Origin: Trichoplax sp. H2
Lineage: Eukaryota
Assembly (NCBI GenBank): GCA_003344405.1
Contig: NOWV01000243.1
Location: forward strand, 1 to 64,000
Reading direction: 5' to 3'
Length of the DNA stretch: 64,000 bases
This document shows positions 36,462 to 48,640 of the stretch, one piece after another. A program made the position numbers and the translations under genes. The notes beneath the pieces were generated by a model, which was not told the DNA's origin, searched no databases, and worked only from the letters and a program-made list of their open reading frames with translations. Position 1 is the stretch's first letter. Each line of letters starts with the position of its first letter.

Positions 36462-37005
36462 TGTCAGAAAACAGCTTTGCAACAAGATAACGTAATATAC
36501 GATCAATAAGTCAATTCCTTGAACCACATATCAAGGAACGATATCTGCACTATTACAAACACTTTTGCTCTACTAGCAGACTACACAAAGACTTAAACGC
36601 CTCGTATTTTACGTTAAACACTAAGTTTGAGAATTCCCTTTATTTCACGATATGCTGCATTTATATACTATTTCTCAATAGTTCATAAGTCATAGTTAAT
36701 ACAATTAACCTTGGAATCATTTACTGAATTAGATATTAATTTTAGCTACTGCTTCTTTAATGCAGACAACAGTATTTACGAACATAGACATGTAATGACT
36801 AATACAGAATATTCAGATTACGATATGTCCTAACACGGAACATTTCCATGATAATTTACAATCTACCATAAGTAAATTACAATCACAATGATTCGAACTG
36901 TAAGTAGATGATTGCATTCCCTATTATAGCTATTAATTTCAGTATGTGTATAAGTGTCATAAAAAGTCAATGCTATATTAAAATACAGTATATCCAAATT
37001 AGAAG
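36462..37005. repeat. Dispersed ~550-bp repeat, copy 2 (inverted relative to 3860-4416)
   Basis: Colinear reverse-complement similarity; visibly more diverged than the LTR-A/B copies. One end is TGT in both copies. Confidence 0.8.
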
Positions 37006-40000
37006 TTAACTAAATAATATAAGCCGGCCGTCGAAGATATAAAGTTGGAATTTTTAAGGGAGTAAGTATTAGGAAAGCTTACTGTAGAATCTGTAGACAC
37101 CCTACGATATAAGTTTGTCGGCGGGAGTTTTTAAGAGAGAGAGATTTAGGATAGTGTAGTATAGCACTGCAGACATAGTATGAACTGTGGATGAATAGGT
37201 ATGTAAGGTCGAACTGATGAAATAAATAAAACGTATCTTCTTTATAGGGATTTATGCATTAGCTTGCGCCACTATACTGATTAAAGACTTAATAGATGGA
37301 AAACAAATTTATAACATGTACGCGTGTATACTACATTTAATATTCGTGCGTAATCAAGTCAATGCGCTCCTTTTAAGGTATTGTTCCTCTCAATATAGTG
37401 CACGACTATTAGACTAAAAATAATCCGTCAAGACAGGAAATGTGATACTATAGTGATTATAAGAAAATTAAATTAGAACTTGAATTGCTCGAAGCTCAGT
37501 GACAGGAGCACTGTCTTGAATTTGCGGCAATATATATTTAAAGACGAATTATATGAATCTTAATATCATTACTGTGATATTGATTTAAGAAAGAATAATT
37601 CTAGTGCTCGTTTATTAATTATAATTTAACTCAGATAATGTTTTCTTTAGGCTATTGATCGTAATATTATTGATAAAATATTTGTCTGTAATTTTTATTC
37701 ATAATCGTTCTTTTATGTTTTAAAAATAGCGAAAATGAATGCAAGACACTCTAAATTTTCAACCAGACCAATATAGTTTACAATTTTCCACTACTTAGTA
37801 ATAGCTACAGTTCTACCTTTTCAACACTTTAAATTTCTTTTCAGATGATGGTCCTATACAAATTTTTCTTAAACGATGTTTTCCACTAGCTGTGATATCT
37901 TATAGGAACAATCAATCAAGTTATTACAATGATCATGAGATTCAATAGTTACAACGTTGTCATCTAATTTTAACGCAATAACGTGAAATAGCCAATGCCA
38001 TATTGATCTCATTGATAGGGCAATGGTAATACAAGCCGTGGCATAGAAATTTGCTTAAAGGCTTTAAAAATGGCAATGCTGCTGTTTAATTTAAAAAAAT
38101 CAATCAGGTACATCTCCGATTCGACATTTAAAAGGTAATTAATTTATCGGTCTGCAGTCAAGTAATTTTAATGAATGTAATCTAGCTTGGGAGATTTTCA
38201 TATTTTATTATGAATTTGCTACGATAATAGGAAGTGGCATTACGTTTGCATTCTCAAAAACTGCCTAGCTAATCATGCCTTGCTTTATATCCGGTCTAAT
38301 GTTTTTACGGACGAGTAAATATCCATGGTTGTCATTGATTAAATAGAGTATATTTCAAAAATATAATTTCTAACATACTTTAACTCAAAAAAGAATATAA
38401 ATATCTACAAAATTCCTATATTGAATGAGGATTGCCTATCAAGTAAAATTGTTTTTATTTGTCGTATTGTTGGCGATTATAAAGTAAAACTTAAAATCAC
38501 TGATATAGCAGTGCGATAATGAAAATGGAAAATTTGCCATTGTCATTGATTGGTTAGCTAATATTATTAAATATTGCTTTCTATCGGGGCTTAATCATTA
38601 TAACGTTGCATTGCAGTTTGCTCTACGGAAGTCTGCAAATTATGTGAATACAAGTAAATTGATGAATAGATAGTGAGACCATGGGCATCGTTTCGGTCTT
38701 GTTTGCTTGAATCAAAACAACAGAAAAAAAATGTATTTGTCCCCGCTAATATAGGCAAGTAGCCTAAAATTGACTTTCTATGAAAAATATCATGAATTTG
38801 ATAGAACCAATTGATCATTTCTCTATATTTATTCAAATAAGTTTAATTAAATTATGCATGAGTAGAATGCAATCTTGGTTATATCATATAGTCCTTAGCA
38901 ATCCTGGGCTACATAAAGAAATAAAGCTCGCATTCTACGCGCTACGTCTGGAGTAAAATAGTCTGATCTTTCTATTTATAACTTAGTAGATGACAACATA
39001 TAAACAGATCGTTCCTATGTTTAGGACTAGTTATTTCGTAAGCGTATAATTTCATACTTAATCTCATTTATATTATTTCCATTGCCCTCTTTAAAGCAAG
39101 GCAATGTCTGAAATAAATCATTTTCCACACATAAATTATTACTCTTTCATTATTATATAGTTTTCATATTTTTTTAATGCTATCCGTCTGTTTTCCCTTT
39201 TAATGTTCGACTCTGCATTTTAATGAGGAATTACAGAATAAAACGAGCTCCATCGTGACTAAGTTGCTATGACTAATAGAGATGACTCATCTTTTCATGC
39301 TAACATATTCTTTAATTATTCAATCTCTTAATCCATGATATCATCGAATAATATCAAACATTTCATTTCCTTATTTAATCAATCATATCCTCGCATCTAC
39401 CCTTGTATATATATATACATTGACAGAGTACTATATATTAAAATTTTTTTGTCTCTGTTCGTAAAAAGAAATAAATATTGTACGAACTTACATCCAGATA
39501 TTTTATACTCATCAGAATTACATAGCTACTTTTTTTAGACTTTTTAGACTTATTCTTCTCTCAAATTGAATTACATTTAAAAAATAGCAGATTATCAAAT
39601 TCTAAATAAAATACAATAATATCTCATATTTTGGAAGGATATTCTACAGTAATCTTTTCGTAATTTAAATGGCAAGTATCGAGATTATGACTATCAAACG
39701 CAAGAAATTTCTTTGTAGATAGATGTAGTTTAACGTTGCTATTATTTTATTTTGCTACCCATTGATCGATGCCAAGCGAGACACTGGCTGGCATGGTAGT
39801 ATAGGCTTATTAGTACAAATTAAATTTTAACTAGATTACTAGAGTAAAATTTGTTTAGGTATCATTATTACTAATTGATTGGTTTTATTTATGATTTAGA
39901 AATTCCCTGCAATTATCATCCGTAAGTACGAGACAATTGTAAAAATATAAAAATAATCATTGTTGCTTCTCTGTAAATTTAATTTTAGACTGTAGCGAAA

Positions 40001-42091
40001 ATTATTAGTAAAATATTAACGTTCATTTGCTATATTGATCAGTATATTTTCAGAAGTGTTGTTAAGTTGTTATTGTTGTTGTGTTGTTGTTTGTGTTATC
40101 GAGAATCTTAATTAATTCATTCATTAACGAACTATAAGAAATTTCTACATAAGGGATTATTCATGAAATAAAAAGTATTGAAGGTCACAGAGTTGAGCTG
40201 CAGTTTGTAGCTCTAGCTAGCTATAGTAAAATTCTATACGATAATCACAAAGCTGTCAGTAACATAAAAGTTAGAATATTATCAACGATATTAGTACAGA
40301 GACAAACATTAGAAGGAAAATTCCAGTTCATAGCAAGGTACGAGATAGCTTTGTTAGGTTTACGAAGAAAATTATCAAATACTTTATGTTATCCTCAAGC
40401 GTCACAGTCTTATAACGCAGATTATAATTCTCCTAAACTAGGTAAAATACTTTCAATTTATAATGATTTACTGTTGATATATCTTAGATCAAAGATCTGG
40501 ATTACATTTGACGATGAGAAGTCTTTTCTAATTCTAGATAGAATAATTACAGTACTTTGCATCATCGAACAATGAATAATTCTTACTTAACCTGATTAAT
40601 AGAAAGCCACAAAGATTTAAGATTATCAGTATAGAAGATCTCTTGCTATCTAAAGGCATGGAGCATATCATCCAAAATTAATAGAAGATTTAATGAAACA
40701 TCACTGCGATTAATCAATAGTTAAGAATCATTAAAGTAAGTATAAGCAGTAAATTATTCGCACGCTAGTTCAATCGATTTCGATTAAGATAGTATGATAG
40801 AATGTCGGACATAGCACAAAAAGCTGTAATATTTCGTTAGTTATTAACATATATATTTACGCTAATTCGTAGAATCTTAAGCTTAAAAAGTTATATTTTT
40901 TAGCACTTTAAGTTAGAATATAAGGCGTACGTTAACTTGGAGTTGCTAAATCAAAAATATTAATAAATACATTATTATTATTAACAGAAATTCATAGCTG
41001 AACATCATATTAACGGTTCAATCCAATATTGGTTATATTATTGCATTAGATTTTTGTATGAATGAATCAAGAATCCTATTCGAAATTTGACCTTGTCAGA
41101 TGTTTAACAATGCCAGGAAATAGGATTAAACGGTATATCTTTTAAATTGTATTGACTTCGAACTCGAATGTCTACTTGCACTAGGTTATAGCCGGCAGGT
41201 TAATTTTAATTTAATTTCATAAGGTAAGGGGCAATATCTTTTATAATTTAAAGGTTAAGTGTTACAGGTGCATCTGTACATTGACGTCGGAAATAAATAA
41301 AATATCAATAGCAATTTCATAATCGAATAGATATTGTAACGCAAAACGGAAATTAAATTGCTTTAAAAAACATTATGATACTGTTATAAGCATTTTTCGA
41401 TGGAATTCAAAATTTGAATGAGAACTATTGTTGGCAATTGATTCAGATACAGTCAATTTCTCATTTATTAGCACATTACGTGAGTTGAAAGAAATCTTTG
41501 AAGCAAAATAGCGATAAAGATTACCCTTAATAGAACTCAGCTAGAAAATTTGTAGTTTACTAAAACTACCGACCTGACTGCGTTGCCGATTTGAAAGTAG
41601 AGAAAGCTTTAGCCAGACAAAATACATCATTCGTATCGATTAGACTGCAACTATAGTAACAATGTTTTAAAATGATATCGTTCGAAAGCAAATTACAAAA
41701 TCTCTCATTTTGTAGTAGAATACTCTGAATCGCTACAAGACTGTATGCGAAGTATCCAGTCAACAACCATGCATGTAATAAAATGAATGTTTGACACACG
41801 ATTTCAACCAGTTCATGCACATTGAACATTTGCAATCATTGCGGCCACAGGCAGAGACATACGTTACATTTAAATTTTATTCAATATGATATTTACTTCC
41901 ATAATAAACAAAGACATTTTGATCCTAGAAATGCAATCTTTACATTCCAGTTAGGATGTTAGAATAATCCGCCATAAATTACCCTGTTTGATGACATAGT
42001 ACCATGATAGAATAAATTTTTCATATCGAATGCACGAGAAACTAACGCCAATGCATTTATTCATGTTATTTGTCGATACATCTCACAACGA

Positions 42092-43449
42092 TTAGTTTAA
42101 TAGAGATCTCTTCAGTTGGTCTTTAGCAGACTGTAAGACCTATTTTACAAAAAATTAGAAGCTTTCTTTATTAAGAAAGTAAGCTATTTCAACGTATCAT
42201 GAATTTATCATCGATCTTACCTGTACCACAGTTTGTTCACTTAATGGTAAGTCGTCATTTTGAATTAAAGGATTTGACTAATGATAAAAGTTACAAATGA
42301 TCGTATTGTTAGATACTACCAAGGTATAAGAAAGCTAAGTCACTCCAATGAAAGTATGGTGATATACTTTTATTGCAACTTTTGAAATAATGTTTGTAGA
42401 ATCCGTTTCAAGAATAATCCTAAATAAGATAGGAAAAAATGATGAGATGGCAATAATCATTCGAGTTAATGCCAAACAAGACAGAGTGAATCTATACCCG
42501 CCGTCTACGACTTCATCAAGAGCTAAGAAAACACCATCAAGATTATCCATGAGATATTTTTTCTCTACATTCTTTCTTAACATTGTACTAATAGCGTCAT
42601 AGAATCCGTTTAAGACGCAATTCAACATCACCTGAATAAGAGCAATCACGTTAGAACACATTTGAAATAGAATTTTAGTGATTTTTCATCCTTTACTACA
42701 CCATTTTTATATTTATGTGGATATACCTCGTTTTCATTAGACGATCCAATAACGTAAAAATTTAAATCGACGTTACTTCTAAATACAGCAGTCATGGAGT
42801 CTAACATGATGATATCAGCTGCAAATGTTGATCAATGAGTATGCATCATGTTAGTCATGTTAGTATTGCAAAATAGAGGAGTATCCTAAGTTGAATAAAC
42901 TGTAATCTATCGGCTAACAACCCATTTTTGGGGTTTATCCATATACGTATATATTGTACAATAAGCAACATTGATGTTGTCGTCAGTAGGTAATAGGTAT
43001 ACAAAACAAGGGCATATCTTACCACTACTACGTGGTGTTTTATCGTAGAGTTTTTTCTCAAACTGTTTCTGTTCTTTCAGATGAGTGAATGTATTATCGT
43101 AGTACTAGAAAAATACAACAAATACGTTAGGATAACAAGTAGAATAAAAAGCTACAGTAAATCTTTCATCGATATCGATGCTATGATAATGAGTAAAGCA
43201 GTCATGTTACGCTGCATCCTCCACTATGGAATCTTGAACTTGATTGTCACATCATTCGACTTACCTTGGCAATAATTCTCTCTCCATCGTTGTCTAAGAT
43301 CAAAATGGCTTTAACAGCGTATAACGTCACGTCCTAAAGATATTGATCCAGTCTATTTTAGTCATTTGTATAACGATTCTGAAGGGTTGATTAGATGGCC
43401 CAAGCACTTTATCGACATCAAACTAATTTCTAGTCTAGTGTACCAACAT
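42092..43449 (-). CDS. COPZ1: Coatomer subunit zeta, 179 aa; exons 43449-43444, 43333-43265, 43104-43023, 42818-42727, 42631-42498, 42419-42368, 42277-42221, 42139-42092
   Basis: The spliced product reads MLDVTLYAVKAILILDNDGERIIAKYYD...FYVIGSSNENE...LRKNVEKK...LALDEVVDGGIILETD...DLPLSEQTVVQVLQSAKDQLKRSLLN. All introns are GT-AG and the exons total 540 nt. Confidence 0.95.
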
Positions 43450-43744
43450 GGTCAAAGCTGTTCACTGCAGTGTACAGTACTGTCGTGTCTAGCAGCCGTT
43501 CCATTTGCAAATTGTAGTTTGATTATAACAAGATTAATTTACAATAGATGGAATCAATGCAGAACAGTCATGGTTACCAAGAGAACTACTTTTACATTGA
43601 TTTCTCACAGTTAGCTTACATATACTAGTATCAAGAGCGGGCGCCAGAGATTTTTTATGGCAGTGCAGTCTTGAAATACTTTGTTCATACGTGTCCACTG
43701 TACACGTCGGAATCATAACAACGTCTAACAAACATTGGGTAATT

Positions 43745-43982
43745 ATCATCCTTATTCGATAGACGAGATTTTCATTTCTAACGTAGAATATTAAACTAAT
43801 TGGTTTTATGTTGATCTCATGTGTTAGATGGTTAAGAAAGTGGAAGATTTTATACTAGTATTGAGTGGCTTGGTGGATGATCCTACAGTAGAAATAGGGA
43901 CAACCTAGAACAAGCGCTTGGCGATTGTCATCCTTTTTGGATAGGCGAGATTTTTATTTCTAATGTATAATATTGAACTATT
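43745..43982. repeat. Local ~55-bp imperfect direct repeat (about 43747-43799 and 43928-43980)
   Basis: TCATCCTT...GATAGRCGAGATTTTYATTTCTAAYGTAKAATATTRAACTA occurs twice. Confidence 0.7.
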
Positions 43983-44244
43983 TCGCCCTTTAAAGCAATA
44001 GCAATGACTATGACAGTGTTTCTTTTAAAATTGTAATCATGCAATATATCACTACTTTAAAGCTTGGATTGATAGCAAGAATATCGCAATTAGTAACGCC
44101 ATTTTTCTAATGGGAAACTTACCAAGACAATGGAATCCATGTTGGCAAGAATTGAGCATGCGTACACTAAAGCATCACATTAAGAATCACCCACGGTTGC
44201 GTATCGACTCTCTTGTATAGAAAGTCCAAAGTGGCCGTTGAGTG

Positions 44245-46090
44245 GTAATGAATGCGCATGCTTCTGATTTTTCTGGTCATTCCACTGTACAGTACAGTCA
44301 GATCAGACGTCTGTTTATTACAGTACTGTACAGTGTACAGTACAGTACAGCAATCGCCTATCATACTGTACTGTACACTGTACTCTACAAAAACAGCCTC
44401 GCAGCCCATTTATTGTACAGTGTGACCTGGGAAACATGGACAGACAGAACGTGTCACAGACCCAGAACTACTGTACTGTATCTAGCATTGTACTGTACAC
44501 TACAGTATTGTACTGTAGTCTACCGTAGTGTACTGTACACTGCACCAATGTACTGTACGCACGTACAGAAAGAGAGAGGGACGCGTAACGGCCATTCAGT
44601 GCAAAATAATGAATGGGTTTACCATTTTTCTGGCCATTCTATTATACGCTATAACCGAAACCGTCTACTACAATATACAAAATCAACCAAGTGGCTAATT
44701 TCGACGAAAATCGTAGACAGTACAGTATGATGTTTCGTTCTAGGCTGCGTTGTCGGTTATTCCCTGCTGCATGGTACAGTCTACAGTCTGCCTCTGTTGT
44801 ACATTGTACTGTAATATACAGTACTCTACGCACTGTAAGGTCACGGACTACAAGAAAGAAAGACGGACGTGGAACAGCCGTTCAGGGCAAAATAATGAGT
44901 GGGTTTACCATTTTTCTGGTCATTCTATTATACGCTATAACCGAAACCGTCTACTACAATGTACAAAATCAACCAAGTGGCTAATTTCGACGAAAATCGT
45001 AGACAGTACAGTATGATGTTTCGTTCTAGACTGCGTTGTCAGTTAGTCCCTGCTGCATGGTACAGTCTACAGTCTGCCTGTGCTGTACATTGTACTGTAA
45101 TGTACAGTACTGTACTGTGTACAGTGTACAGTGTACAGTGTACTGTACTGTACTGTACACTGTCCACTGTCCACTGAGTGTCCAGCCGCCAAGGGCTCTG
45201 TCCGTCTGGTCTGTTAGTCTCTGCTGTTTACAGTCTCCATCTGCTGTACTGTACATTGTACTGCTCTGTATTGGACACTGTCCACTGAGTGTCCAGCCGC
45301 CAAGGGCTCTGTCCGTCTGGTCTGTTCAATTTCCACTGCTGATGTGAGCAGACGCAGTAGTGCCCACGTAACGTACCATTGGTCGACCGTTAACTGCTGA
45401 AGGCGTTTTGAGCCAAGACCATTGGCCGAGGCTATCATCGCAGACAGACGCCAGTAACTTATACTGTGCGATACAAGTTTTCAACAGCATGCGCTACTCT
45501 ACTGCAAGAGTAGAAATGAGCGCTCAGTCAGGTAAATTAAAAATTTCAAANNNNNNNNNNNNNNNNNNNNTACGCTATAACCGAAACCGTCTACTACAAT
45601 GTACAAAATCAACCAAGTGGCTAATTTCGACGAAAATCGTAGACAGTACAGTATGATGTTTCGTTCTAGACTGCGTTGTCAGTTAGTCCCTGCTGCATGG
45701 TACAGTCTACAGTCTGGCTGTGCTGTACATTGTACTGTAATATACAGTACTGTACTGTACAGTGTACAGTGTACAGTGTACTGTACTGCACTGTACTGTA
45801 CTGTACACTGTCCACTGTCCACTGAGTGTCCAGCCGCCAAGGGCTCTGTCCGTCTGGTCTGTTCAATTTCCACAGCTGATGTGAGCAGACGCAGTAGTGC
45901 CCACGTAACGTACTGTACCATTGGTCGACCGTTAACTGCTGAAGGCGATTTGAGCCAAGACCATTGGCCGAGGCTATCATCGCAGACAGACGCCAGTAAC
46001 TTATACTGTGCGATACAAGTTTTCAACAGCATGCGATACTCTACTGCAAGAGTAGAATTGAGCGCTCAGTCAGGTAAATTAAAAATTTCA
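44245..46090. repeat. TGTAC/CAGTA-rich complex repeat block with 286-bp tandem units and a duplicated segment across gap 45551-45570
   Basis: AAATAATGARTGGGTTTACCATTTTTCTGG at 44604 and 44890; a ~50-bp direct repeat near 45165 and 45275; 45571-46090 repeats 44931-45550 minus one internal block of about 100 bp; dense GTAC pentamer/heptamer runs. Confidence 0.9.
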
Positions 46091-46853
46091 AATTTGCTGC
46101 AAGACCAAAGCAAAACTTTGTCCTGCCTTTTGGCCTTTCTATGCACTTTCCTTTAGCCTATCTAGTTGAATTAGACCATTAAGGGTCGAATAACTGTTGT
46201 GAAAGCGGATAGAAAGAGTTTACCAATTCCAGTTGTAAAATTGGTCGTCTCCACTATTACCAATTGAAGCATTGAACTGCAGTTGTCGCCATTGGCAGAC
46301 CACTTTCACTGGTGGGTAAGTCCTTTGAAAGTTCCACTGTCATCACTATTTAATTCAATCAATATGGCCATGTTATTAGCAAGATGAGGCATTCTTTAAC
46401 AGGAATAGGACGAGTTTATGCAGCCAATGATGGCCACCATACATCCATGAAGTCTTGCACATGTTCACTATGCTTACAATGACTTCAATGACTTCATTTT
46501 CCTTGGTACATCCATTGAGAAAGATTGCTGCCTTTCAACGCAGGGACTTTCAAATACAGTCTCCATTAGTCAAAATTAATAAGGGGCTAGCCACTACGCT
46601 GAACTGGCAGTCTTTACCCTTTGAAAAATCAGCATTTAATAGCTTCATTTTCTTTTCAACGCTATTGCATGATATCATGTCGAATAGGGATAGAGAAGAC
46701 TATGGCTAAATTCATGCGGTAGGTGGATAGACTACAGGGAGTAACAAGGGATCAGCCATTTGAACTGCCCAATACTGTAGACGCACTTCCACAGGCATCA
46801 TGACTCGGTGTGGTCGACTACAATTGGATCCAAGTGGAAGAATCTCAATGCAA

Positions 46854-47775
46854 AGTAGTTGTATCTCTTCATTGCATCCTCAAGGATTATACAATCTTCT
46901 AAGGAAGGATACCAAGCAATTGCAGACTGTTGTTTTTACCCGGTTATTCAGTCACAATTGCACAATTGTGACTGCAGTCTTTTACTGCAATTCTTGTAAA
47001 AGTTTCTATTTTCCTCTTTCAAAAAGTAGTTGTATCTCTGCACTTCAGCCTCAAGGATTATACAATCTTCTAAGAAAGGATACCAATCCATTGCAGACTG
47101 TTATTTTTACCCGGTTATTCAGTCATAATTGCTTTACAGCCTTCTACTGCAAATCTTGTAAAAGTTTCTATTTTCCTCTTTCAAAAGTAGTTGTATCTCT
47201 GCACTACAGCCTCAAGGATTGTACAATCTTCTAAGAAAGGATACCAATCCATTACAGACTTTTACTTTTACCCGGTTATTCAGTCACAATTGCACTGCAT
47301 GCAGTTTTTTACTACAAATCTTGTTAAAGTTTCTATTTTCCTCTTTAAAAAGTAGTTGCATCTCTCCACTGCATCCTCAAGGATTATACAATCTTCTAAG
47401 AAAGGATACCAATCCATTACAGACTTTTATTTTTACCCGGTTATTCAGTCACAATTGCACTGCAGTCTTTTACTGCAAATCTTGTTAAAGTTTCTTAGTA
47501 GTTGTATCTCTCCACTTCATCCTTAAGGATTATACAATCTTCTAAGAAAGAATACCAATCTATTGCAGACTTTTTTTTAACCCGGTTATTCAGCCAAATT
47601 TAGTAATAGTTTCTATTTTCCTCCTCACTTCATCGAGTTCATCCTCAAGGATTATAGACAATCTTCTAAGAAAGAATACCAATCAATTGGAGACTTTTTT
47701 TACCCGGTTATTCAGTCAAAATTGCTTTGCAATCTTTTACTGCAAATCTTGTAAGAGTTTCTTATTTTCCTCTTT
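46854..47775. repeat. Tandem array of about six ~160-bp units
   Basis: AGTAGTTGYATCTC at 46854, 47025, 47186, 47351 and 47497, plus a sixth degenerate unit near 47640. Each unit has AAGGATTATACAATCTTCTAAG-like and ACCCGGTTATTCAG cores. Confidence 0.95.
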
Positions 47776-48640
47776 AATATTAGACTGCAGCAGTTGAATC
47801 AATTCGGCTTACGTATGTACATCTCCAGTCATTGCATTACAAAATGAAACTACTTACAGTAACCAACTGCTGCAACCATTTACACTGCTCAGCGGTTATT
47901 TTGCAATGGTCATACTTGTAATCATTAATAAAGAAAAAAATTCTTCAACTCCATTCTTAGTCTTACTGACAGTAATTGAAAGTCAAAGACAATCGATCTC
48001 AAAACACAAAATCTAAAAATGAACCCATTTCACTCCTTCCCTGACTTGTTCCCTACGGACAGTAAGAAATTCAGAGACTCTGTCGCCAATAACAGTAGTT
48101 AATCGTCTATTTGACCTGGATAGGTGGAAATTGAAAATGGCCATTGTCCTATCTACAAGATTAATGAAATAAGAAATAAACCACACGTATAGACTGTAAT
48201 CAACTGTAGCCTCTAGGCTTACCGCAATAGTCATTAACTTGTTTGCAAGCGGTGATTTGAAAGGCAATTTTGTTCACCTTGTCTTTTGCCCTGTCTTAAT
48301 TGAACTGTCTTAAATTAATAATCAACCAGTTAGTTTATTATACCGGATAGAAAACATTCTTTCAAATTACTCATCTTGTCGAGCTTACATGTATCAAAAC
48401 TAATTTATCCTCTTATTGATGATTATCTCTTAGACGAACAAGATAATTATTGGCGTAGTTTTGTACAGATTCTCCTCCAATCCCAACGCTCTATCCATGT
48501 GGGTTTCATCGATCATACGCGTACAGCTATCATTAATTCATCCAAATTGGCTATTGGCATAATTTTCTCTCGCGTAAATTACACCTGATTTGTAAATATA
48601 GTACTACTCTAAAGCTACAACTGACTACATAATCATCAAA

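Noticed and set aside
43573..43586. Second X-box-like word GTTACCAAGAGAAC upstream of COPZ
   Set aside because: The right half-site is poor and COPZ is a housekeeping gene; not distinguishable from chance.
45551..46090. Apparent 520-bp tandem duplication after the third gap
   Set aside because: The near-identical overlap directly across a 20-N gap with one indel is most simply an allelic assembly overlap.
44167..46156. Many overlapping ORFs rich in T/V/Y/C/S/Q
   Set aside because: They arise from stop-poor TGTAC repeats in all frames and on both strands; no protein family signal.
46800..47488. ORFs with repeated CxxC peptides
   Set aside because: They are translations of the tandem array; several unit lengths are not multiples of three, so the frame is not preserved.
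46854..47775. CRISPR-like or hammerhead-bearing array
   Set aside because: There are no unique spacers or cas genes, the context is eukaryotic, and no CUGANGA/GAAA core was seen on either strand.
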